Shown here in pieces: positions 56,855-64,000 of a DNA stretch of 64,000 bases (position 1 is its first letter; each line of letters opens with the position of its first letter). The notes under the pieces were generated by a model that saw nothing but the letters and a program-made list of their open reading frames with translations, searched no databases and was not told where the DNA came from. This DNA is from Deltaproteobacteria bacterium RBG_16_49_23 (GTDB lineage: Bacteria; Desulfobacterota; BSN033; UBA1163): contig MGQQ01000104.1 in the NCBI GenBank assembly GCA_001798855.1, positions 1,093 to 65,092 of the forward strand, in the 5' to 3' direction. The position numbers and the translations under genes were made by a program.

Positions 56855-57598
56855 ATGCCTTCCATTTTTCTTAATGACATTAATGTTAAGTTCATTGTGG
56901 ATGCTGAAATGACCAAGACTATCAAGTCAACAGTCGCCCAGTTTCTGCGTCCCCGTAAGACTACGCCCAGAATTGTTCATGCCTTGCAGTCGGTGTCCCT
57001 CTCGATCCGAGATGGTGAAAGAGTGGGACTGATCGGTCCAAACGGGGCTGGCAAGAGCACCCTCTTGAAAGTGATGGCGAGAATTTATCCGCAGAATGGA
57101 GGAGAAGCCTTGATCGAAGGGCATGTGTGCCCCCTCTTTGAATTTATCACAGGATTTGAGATGGAGGCGACGGGATGGGACAACATTCGAACTCGCGCCC
57201 TGTTACTGGGAATATCGCCGAAAGAAATCGAAAACAAAATAGAAGAGATTGCTGAATTCACGAATCTGGGTGAATTTCTTGATATGCCTGTGCGCTGTTA
57301 TTCCTCAGGGATGTTACTCCGTTTAGCTTTTGCTACATCGACGGCAGTAGATCCCGAGATTCTTCTTTTGGACGAGGTGATGGCCGCCGGAGACGCTGCT
57401 TTTATTCAGCAGGCGAGAAAGCGGATGGATCATTTAATGAAACGTGCAAGTATCGTAGTATTTGCAACTCACAGTTTGAACGTGCTGCCAAGCTTTTGTG
57501 AACGAACCATCTGGCTGGACCATGGGCGGGTGATGTTGGATGGTCCAACTCCTGAAGTTATCAGTGCCTATGAGCGATCTATTTTAATCCGGCAGTAG
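56855..57598 (+). CDS. ABC transporter ATP-binding protein (Wzt/TagH/KpsT-like)
   Basis: Walker A motif GPNGAGKST, signature YSSGMLLRL and Walker B motif LLLDEV. Confidence 0.85.
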   Translation: MPSIFLNDINVKFIVDAEMTKTIKSTVAQFLRPRKTTPRIVHALQSVSLSIRDGERVGLIGPNGAGKSTLLKVMARIYPQNGGEALIEGHVCPLFEFITGFEMEATGWDNIRTRALLLGISPKEIENKIEEIAEFTNLGEFLDMPVRCYSSGMLLRLAFATSTAVDPEILLLDEVMAAGDAAFIQQARKRMDHLMKRASIVVFATHSLNVLPSFCERTIWLDHGRVMLDGPTPEVISAYERSILIRQ

Positions 57599-57664
57599 TG
57601 CGCTTGCGATGTTGCGACAGGTGAGTGTGGATCAATTCATGTCTGGTGTTGGAGGATTGAGCAG

Positions 57665-58801
57665 ATGGACCCTATCAATCTTTTCATTCCCACTTTCAGA
57701 GTGGAAGAGACATTAACCCAGATTCGAGAGTGTCTGGAGAAGGGGTGGACCGGACTGGGTTTTAAAACTGTGGAGTTCGAAGAAGCCTGGAAAGAATACA
57801 CGGGGCTTCCGAATGCGCACTTTCTGAATTCTGCGACTGCAGGACTGCACCTGGCCATTCGTCTGTTGAAAGAGGAGGGGAAATGGCAAGAGGGCGACGA
57901 GATCATAACCACCCCTCTCACCTTTGCCTCGACGAATCATGCGATCCTTTACGAAAAACTTCACCCCGTATTTGCCGATATTGATGAATATCTCTGCCTG
58001 GATCCAAACTCTGTCAAAGAGAGAATTTCATCCCGAACGCGAGCCATGATGTTTGTAGGAATGGGTGGAAATACGGGACGGTTGGACGAGATTGCGGGCA
58101 TCTGTCGGCAGCATAAGCTAAAATTAATTCTTGATGCCTCCCATATGTCGGGGACGCGTTTACGCGGCGCCCATGTTGGTGGAGAAACAGATGTCTCCGT
58201 TTTTAGCTTTCAGGCAGTCAAGAATCTTCCCACTGCCGACTCAGGGATGATCTGTTTCAGTGACGTCGCCTTAGATAATGAAGTGCGGAAATGGACCTGG
58301 CTTGGTATTGATAAAGATACGTTTTCCCGGACCCTTGCCAAGGGGACATACAAATGGTATTACGAAGTGGTCCACGAGGGATTCAAATACCATGGAAACT
58401 CAGTCATGGCAGCTATTGGACTCGTCTCTCTCAAATATCTCGATCAGGACAATGCCTTTCGCCGCCAAATTGCTGCCTGGTATGATGAACGCCTTCAGGG
58501 TGAATCCAGAATCCAGCGAGTTCCCGTGGCTCCAGGATGTTTGTGTTCACGTCACCTTTATCAAATCCTCGTAGAAAACCGAGACGAAGTGATGCTTGCT
58601 CTGAACGACGCCAAAATCTATCCAGGGGTCCATTATCGCGATAATACCCTTTATAGAATGTACAGCTATGCAAATGGGTCTTGTCCTCATTCCATGGAAG
58701 CAAGCGAACGAGTCATTTCTCTACCGATGCATTTACGTCTGACGTATCATGATGTTCAGCGAGTCTGTGATGCCTTGATTGAAATTGTGAATCGCAAATA
58801 A
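57665..58801 (+). CDS. DegT/DnrJ/EryC1/StrS-family PLP-dependent sugar aminotransferase
   Basis: Fold-type I aminotransferase layout. A candidate lysine is in SFQAVKNL. Confidence 0.8.
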   Translation: MDPINLFIPTFRVEETLTQIRECLEKGWTGLGFKTVEFEEAWKEYTGLPNAHFLNSATAGLHLAIRLLKEEGKWQEGDEIITTPLTFASTNHAILYEKLHPVFADIDEYLCLDPNSVKERISSRTRAMMFVGMGGNTGRLDEIAGICRQHKLKLILDASHMSGTRLRGAHVGGETDVSVFSFQAVKNLPTADSGMICFSDVALDNEVRKWTWLGIDKDTFSRTLAKGTYKWYYEVVHEGFKYHGNSVMAAIGLVSLKYLDQDNAFRRQIAAWYDERLQGESRIQRVPVAPGCLCSRHLYQILVENRDEVMLALNDAKIYPGVHYRDNTLYRMYSYANGSCPHSMEASERVISLPMHLRLTYHDVQRVCDALIEIVNRK

Positions 58802-58802
58802 C

Positions 58803-59327
58803 ATGAGTGGGATTTTCGTGACAAAACGGAAAATTTCTCCTATTGAGAACGGTCGGATTCGCCTCCGCTTGATCGAGGAATCCGATTTGCCGATGACGCT
58901 CGCCTGGCGCAGCCAGGATCGCATCAGGAAATGGTTTCTCCATTCAGAGATCGTTTCATCCGAACAACACGAGGAATGGTTTAGCCAGTATTCGCAACGT
59001 GATGATGATTATCTGTTTATCATTGAAGAAATCCGGGATTTAAAGAAGCCTGTCGGGCAGATTTCCATTTACAAAATAGATTGGGAGGGAAAGCGTGCGG
59101 AGTTCGGGAGGTTGATGATCGGTGAAAAAGAGGCAAGAGGGAAGGGGATCGCCCGCGAAGCCACGGGCTTGATCTTGAACTTCGCTTTCGAAAACCTGGG
59201 ATTGGACGAAGTGGAACTGGTGGTCAAAAAAGATAATAAACCAGCGGTTACAATCTATCGTGATTTTGGTTTTAATGAAATTCATGAGTCCAGCGGGTTG
59301 AAGAAAATGGTGAAAGTGAAAAATTAA
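58803..59327 (+). CDS. GNAT-family N-acetyltransferase
   Basis: Acetyl-CoA-binding-like motif (RGKGIAREA). Confidence 0.7.
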   Translation: MSGIFVTKRKISPIENGRIRLRLIEESDLPMTLAWRSQDRIRKWFLHSEIVSSEQHEEWFSQYSQRDDDYLFIIEEIRDLKKPVGQISIYKIDWEGKRAEFGRLMIGEKEARGKGIAREATGLILNFAFENLGLDEVELVVKKDNKPAVTIYRDFGFNEIHESSGLKKMVKVKN

Positions 59328-59424
59328 CTTCTTGATTTCAATTTGCCAATCCGCCGGGTTCAGGCAGGTCTTTAGAATTCACATTTTGATAGCCCCATAC
59401 TATAATGCAAAAAGAGGTCTACCG

Positions 59425-59847
59425 ATGGATAGAAGAGCTATAATTTGGTTATCCATCTTCTTGATATGTGCCTTTTTACTTCCGTCGTGCAGTCAAGAGC
59501 CGGCAGGCATTAAACCCAATACTCTTCCTACGGGGTCTTTCGATGCAGTTAACTATGAGAACGAATCCTTTCGCGCCGTGGGATGGGCGGCTGATGAGGA
59601 AGATGGTTCCCCGGTGAAAAAGGTTACTGTCTATGTGGACGATAAGTCCATTGGTGATGCAAAATTAGGCTTCGATAGACCCGGGGTTGCCACTGAAATG
59701 AAACAGGCCAAATGGGGAAAATCCGGATGGGAAATAATAGCGAACATTTCTTTGGCCAAAGGCATTCACGTCACGTATGCTGTTGCCATGGACAAAAAAG
59801 GAGCTACCTCAAAACTATTCCATGAGAAGAAATTTGAGGCGAAATAG
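59425..59847 (+). CDS. Hypothetical lipoprotein
   Basis: Signal peptide with LLPSCS lipobox. RBS aagagg lies before ATG 59425. Confidence 0.5.
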   Translation: MDRRAIIWLSIFLICAFLLPSCSQEPAGIKPNTLPTGSFDAVNYENESFRAVGWAADEEDGSPVKKVTVYVDDKSIGDAKLGFDRPGVATEMKQAKWGKSGWEIIANISLAKGIHVTYAVAMDKKGATSKLFHEKKFEAK

Positions 59848-59945
59848 AAATTAACCCCATCGCATTTAGGCAAGGGAGACCATTTGCTGTGTAGTTTACG
59901 AAGACGGTGGAGATTACCGGACATCAAAAAAAGGGATGAGATAGC

Positions 59946-60935
59946 ATGAACTGGACAGGCAAGAAAGTGTTCGTTACTGGCGCGGGAGGGTTCATTGGGA
60001 GCCATTTATGTGAGACGCTGCTGGAGTTGGGGGGAGATGTCACTGCCATGATTCATTATAATTCGCGGAATGATTGGGGCAATTTAGAATTTCTTCCGCC
60101 CCATTCCAAAAGTGCGTTGAAAGTTATTGCGGGGAACATCGAGGATGCCGCATTTGTCTCGCGCCAGATAAGGGGCAGCCAGGTCGTTTTTCACCTGGCC
60201 GCGCTGATTGCCATCCCGTATTCATACCATGCACCCATGAGTTATGTCCGTACGAACGTGGAAGGAACTGGCAATGTGCTGGAGGCAGCCCGTACGTACG
60301 AGGTGGAACGGATGGTTCATACCTCGACTTCGGAGACTTATGGGACGGCAATCTATACGCCAATCGATGAAAAACACCCTCTTCAAGGTCAGTCGCCCTA
60401 TTCAGCCTCCAAAATCGGAGCAGACAAACTGGCGGAAAGCTATTACCTGGCATTCGGCCTGCCGGTGGCGATTATCCGTCCGTTTAATACCTTCGGTCCC
60501 CGCCAGTCCGCCCGCGCCGTTATTCCGACAATTATCACACAAGCCCTGACACAACCGGAAATCCGGTTAGGCTCGCTCAATCCAGTACGCGATTTGAGCT
60601 TCGTCAAGGATACAATCATGGGGTTTATCAAAGTAGGGGAATCAGAGCAGGCAATTGGCGAGATTATCAATATAGGGACAGGATTGGGAATCGAAATCGG
60701 TGATCTGGCGACAAAGATCTTGAAATTAACGGGCGTGGATAAACCAGTGACCCTGGACGAACAGCGTTTACGTCCGGAGAAGAGCGAAGTTTACCGGCTG
60801 ATTTGCGATAACCGTAAGGCCCTTGAGAAAACAGGATGGACGCCTGCCTATTCATTTGAGAAAGGACTCGAAGCCACGGTCGATTTCATCACACGGCATA
60901 TTCATCTTTATAAACCTAACGAATTTGTTTGCTGA
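59946..60935 (+). CDS. NAD-dependent sugar epimerase/dehydratase (SDR family)
   Basis: VFVTGAGGFIGSH Rossmann motif and YSASK catalytic motif. Confidence 0.8.
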   Translation: MNWTGKKVFVTGAGGFIGSHLCETLLELGGDVTAMIHYNSRNDWGNLEFLPPHSKSALKVIAGNIEDAAFVSRQIRGSQVVFHLAALIAIPYSYHAPMSYVRTNVEGTGNVLEAARTYEVERMVHTSTSETYGTAIYTPIDEKHPLQGQSPYSASKIGADKLAESYYLAFGLPVAIIRPFNTFGPRQSARAVIPTIITQALTQPEIRLGSLNPVRDLSFVKDTIMGFIKVGESEQAIGEIINIGTGLGIEIGDLATKILKLTGVDKPVTLDEQRLRPEKSEVYRLICDNRKALEKTGWTPAYSFEKGLEATVDFITRHIHLYKPNEFVC

Positions 60936-60943
60936 GGTCACGT

Positions 60944-61669
60944 ATGAAAGCGGTCATTTTAGCAGGAGGCAAGGGTACACGCCTTCGGCCTTATACGACG
61001 GTCATCCCTAAACCTCTCCTACCTGTTGGGAACTACCCCATTTTGGAGATTATCCTGAAACAGCTCAGAGGATTTGGCGTTCATGAGGTTGTTCTGGCAG
61101 TCGGCCATATGGCACAGTTGTTTCAAGCTTTTTTCCAGGATGGTCAACGATATGGACTGAAGATCCGCTACTCTCTGGAGACAAAATCATTGGGCACAGC
61201 CGGTCCGCTTTCGTTGTTGATGGATGAAATGAAAGAGGATTTCCTCGTAATGAACGGTGACTTGCTGACAACCCTGAACTTTCGCCGGATGTTTGAGTAC
61301 CACTGCCACCAAGGGGCGGCAGCAACCATTGGACTCTACCAGCGTGAAGTAAAGATAGATTTCGGCGTGGTGGAGACGAACCATGATAACCGATTGAGTA
61401 AATACACTGAAAAACCGGTGTTTAAATTTAGCGTAAGCATGGGGGTGAATGTCTTGAACCCAAAGGTGGTACGCCCCTACTTGATTCCCGGAAGGTTTCT
61501 TGACTTACCTGACCTGATGGTTCATCTTCGAGACGACGGATATCCAGTATACTGTTACAGCGAGCCCTGTTTCTGGCTGGACATCGGCCGGGAAGATGAT
61601 TACCAAAAAGCTAATGAGATTTTTGAATCCCATATGAATGAGTTTATCTCTGATGGAAGCCTGCCGTGA
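60944..61669 (+). CDS. Sugar-phosphate nucleotidyltransferase
   Basis: MKAVILAGGKGTRLRP...KPLLPV motif. Confidence 0.85.
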   Translation: MKAVILAGGKGTRLRPYTTVIPKPLLPVGNYPILEIILKQLRGFGVHEVVLAVGHMAQLFQAFFQDGQRYGLKIRYSLETKSLGTAGPLSLLMDEMKEDFLVMNGDLLTTLNFRRMFEYHCHQGAAATIGLYQREVKIDFGVVETNHDNRLSKYTEKPVFKFSVSMGVNVLNPKVVRPYLIPGRFLDLPDLMVHLRDDGYPVYCYSEPCFWLDIGREDDYQKANEIFESHMNEFISDGSLP

Positions 61670-62595
61670 ACGTATTAGTAACGGGCGCCAGCGGATTCAG
61701 TGGTACACATCTGCTTCGCTTGCTGCAGAGTGAGAGGGTAAATATTTTTACCCATGGCCCGGTGAAAGGGATCCTGGGCAGACATTTTGATACCCCTGTA
61801 CATGATCTCCATGCTTTAGTCGACGTTGTCCGTCATGCGCAGCCTGATTATGTTTTCCATTTGGCCGGAATTGCCAGTGGGGAGAATTATTCGGATTTTT
61901 ATTCAGTCAATACTCTGTATGCAGCTAATCTTTTGCGGGCGCTGGAGATCGCAGGGTGGCAGGACTCTCCAGTGCTGCTCGTTGGCAGCGCAGCGGAGTA
62001 TGGAGTAATTCAATGTGACGAATTGCCTATAACTGAAGAGACGCCAGCGCGCCCATATAGCCATTACGGTGTGAGCAAACTGGCGCAGACTCAACTGGGG
62101 CTGACACTGTCACGGAGTGGTCGCAAACTGGTCATGACACGCCCTTTCAACATTATTGGATGTGGGATGGGCGATCATCTTTCGGTGAAGAGTTTTGCCC
62201 TTCAGGTGGCCGCGATCATCGTCAAGAAACGTCCCCCGGTGATCCGGGTGGGTAATCTTTCGAGTTCCAGAGACTTTGTGGACGTAAAAGAAACTGTCAA
62301 AATCTATTGGCAGCTGATCCAGACGCCAGCTGCACATTGCCAGGTGATAAACATCTGTTCGGGAAAACAAATCATCATGAAGGAACTGCTGCATAAGCTA
62401 ATAGAGTTCTCTGGCATGGCTATTGAAATCCGGGAGGACCCGAGTCGCTTCAAGCCCATTGATGTCCCTTCTCATTACGGTAGCCCTGAGAAACTGCGCT
62501 CAATCTTAGGCCTAACTCCCGTAAAAAACGTTAATGATACCTTAAAAGAGATTTTGGATGAATTAATAATCTCTATGCAGAAAGACCGCGTATAG
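61666..62595 (+). CDS. NAD-dependent epimerase/dehydratase/reductase (SDR family)
   Basis: VLVTGASGFSGTH Rossmann motif and YGVSK catalytic motif. Confidence 0.8.
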   Translation: MNVLVTGASGFSGTHLLRLLQSERVNIFTHGPVKGILGRHFDTPVHDLHALVDVVRHAQPDYVFHLAGIASGENYSDFYSVNTLYAANLLRALEIAGWQDSPVLLVGSAAEYGVIQCDELPITEETPARPYSHYGVSKLAQTQLGLTLSRSGRKLVMTRPFNIIGCGMGDHLSVKSFALQVAAIIVKKRPPVIRVGNLSSSRDFVDVKETVKIYWQLIQTPAAHCQVINICSGKQIIMKELLHKLIEFSGMAIEIREDPSRFKPIDVPSHYGSPEKLRSILGLTPVKNVNDTLKEILDELIISMQKDRV

Positions 62596-62616
62596 AATAC
62601 CCTTTTAGGACCATAC

Positions 62617-64000
62617 GTGAAATTCGCCGATTTCTTGACAGACCGAATCATTTTACAGAATGGTCAACGCCAGGCCGATCCCCGTGTAAGTATCATCATG
62701 CCGACTTACTGTCGAAACGCTGAGGGGTTGCTCCGGCCATGCATCGAATCGGTGCTGGCACAGACGTTCAAAGATTTTGAGTTTATTATTGTGGATGATG
62801 GTTCCACCGACGGCTCGGAAGAAGTTATCCGAGGATATATGGAACGGGAACCACGGATCGTTTACGTGCGCCATTCCATGAATTGTGGCCTCCCTGCGTT
62901 ACGGACGGATGAAGGAATTTTGCTGGCGAGAGGACCGTACGTTGGCTTTATCTTCGATGACAATACATGGAAGGCTGACGCGCTGGAACAGATGGTTAGA
63001 GGAATCGAGGCAAGCGGGGCGGACATTGTTTATGGCAATGCCATCCTGGCGCAGGGAGGTGGGGAGAATCGAATCTTTGGCAATCTGCCGCTGACAGTTG
63101 AACTCCTGCAAAACTTCAACACTATTTTAAACGCAGCAGTGCTTTGCCGGCAGAAGTTCTTTGAGCATTATGGCTTGTACGACCCCCATTTGCTCATCCG
63201 GCGCATTTGCGACTGGGATCTTTGGCTTCGGGCCCTGAAGGGGGGGGCAAACGTTCAGCACATTGATCACGTATTGAGCATCGAACATGGCCTGGTTTCG
63301 AAGTCTTCACTCGGCAATACGGTCAAGTGGGATTATAAGGCAAGCGTAGCCTACATTCAGGATGAAACACGGCTTGATGAACGCACGGCTGCCTTGCGAC
63401 CCGGAAATATTCTTACTTACGATGTCTTTGATCCTGAACGGGCGTTGCCTTATGTACGCGACTTTAAGGAATGGGACGCCATTGAGGCGGCCGTTTACAG
63501 ACCCTATCTGGACACGCATTGCCAGGTACGGTTTGAGCACCTGATCCGTGATAACCGCCGCCATGACCCGGAATTGTATGGTTATTCGCTCAATGCAGAA
63601 AATCCCATCTTCCGCGATCGCAAACGTATACTCCTAGTGGCAAACCGCTACGAACGAGTTGTTCAAGACTGGTGGAAGGCACTGTCACAGGATAGGAACC
63701 ATATTGTGATGAGTTGCAATGAGATGGGGGTATCGTCTTTTAACCCGGCAGATGTAGATTGGGTCATCCTTTTTGACTGCACGGCAGAGATGCTGGTCCG
63801 GTTTTCCCGGCAGTGTGCCGAAACGGGTGTACCCGTGACTTATATGGTACTGCACGGAATGGATAGAGTTTTCACCAGTCCAAATAACCCATTACGAGGT
63901 TTGGATCTAATGCATAATGAGACTGTGCGCAACTATCTTGGCACAGAAGTTTATTTATCTCATCCGGAAACACCCTGGCCTGACAGGCTGCGGTCAGGAG
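62617..64000 (+). CDS. Family 2 glycosyltransferase, N-terminal domain, with an additional C-terminal region. Partial: it continues past the window end.
   Basis: The open frame from 62596 reads VSIIMPTYCRNAEG...IIVDDGSTDGS, a GT2 signature. There is no stop before 64000. The start is probably GTG 62617 or TTG 62635. Confidence 0.7.
   Translation, partial: MKFADFLTDRIILQNGQRQADPRVSIIMPTYCRNAEGLLRPCIESVLAQTFKDFEFIIVDDGSTDGSEEVIRGYMEREPRIVYVRHSMNCGLPALRTDEGILLARGPYVGFIFDDNTWKADALEQMVRGIEASGADIVYGNAILAQGGGENRIFGNLPLTVELLQNFNTILNAAVLCRQKFFEHYGLYDPHLLIRRICDWDLWLRALKGGANVQHIDHVLSIEHGLVSKSSLGNTVKWDYKASVAYIQDETRLDERTAALRPGNILTYDVFDPERALPYVRDFKEWDAIEAAVYRPYLDTHCQVRFEHLIRDNRRHDPELYGYSLNAENPIFRDRKRILLVANRYERVVQDWWKALSQDRNHIVMSCNEMGVSSFNPADVDWVILFDCTAEMLVRFSRQCAETGVPVTYMVLHGMDRVFTSPNNPLRGLDLMHNETVRNYLGTEVYLSHPETPWPDRLRSG

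Overview
This is a 64 kb bacterial chromosomal segment. The gene content and order (thrS-infC-rpmI-rplT-pheS-pheT-ihfA, miaA-hfq, secDF, Hdr/Dsr-like redox genes) suggest an anaerobic, probably deltaproteobacterial-type organism. That assignment is inference only.

Most of the window is housekeeping: mnmG, miaA, hfq, scpB, rluB, secD/secF, rplM-rpsI, argC, mutS, pcm, tsaD, rsmA, clpB, thrS-infC-rpmI-rplT-pheS-pheT-ihfA, plus tRNA-Val(GAC) and tRNA-Pro(GGG).

The main non-housekeeping content is:
- A divergent redox locus: a fused FAD-oxidase/Fe-S (YdiJ-like) protein on one strand, and GcvH-like, HdrD-like CCG and NarI/DsrM-like membrane cytochrome b genes on the other.
- Two adjacent toxin-antitoxin pairs: DUF4258-like/Zn-ribbon and RHH/PIN.
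- A FecR/OmpA/CHASE2-HD-GYP signalling module.
- A standalone ATP-grasp-like gene between argC and mutS.
- A visibly AT-richer glycan-biosynthesis island downstream of tRNA-Pro. It holds GT2 glycosyltransferases, Wzm/Wzt ABC exporter, DegT aminotransferase, GNAT, epimerase/dehydratases and a sugar nucleotidyltransferase. It is preceded by an orphan nucleotidyltransferase and a degraded Wzt-like fragment.

The most striking property is the intergenic space. It is densely populated by several families of GC-rich composite palindromic, MITE-like repeats. One such element (termini ccccgttagaaa/tttctaacgggg) is inserted in-frame inside pheT. pheT is additionally bracketed by an inverted ~70-bp repeat pair. 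Two copies of a classic MITE with terminal inverted repeats occur at 7.0 kb and 34.0 kb. A ~170-bp repeat occurs immediately upstream of both rplT and a ybjQ-like gene.

All calls are from reading the sequence and ORF translations. No database searches were run.
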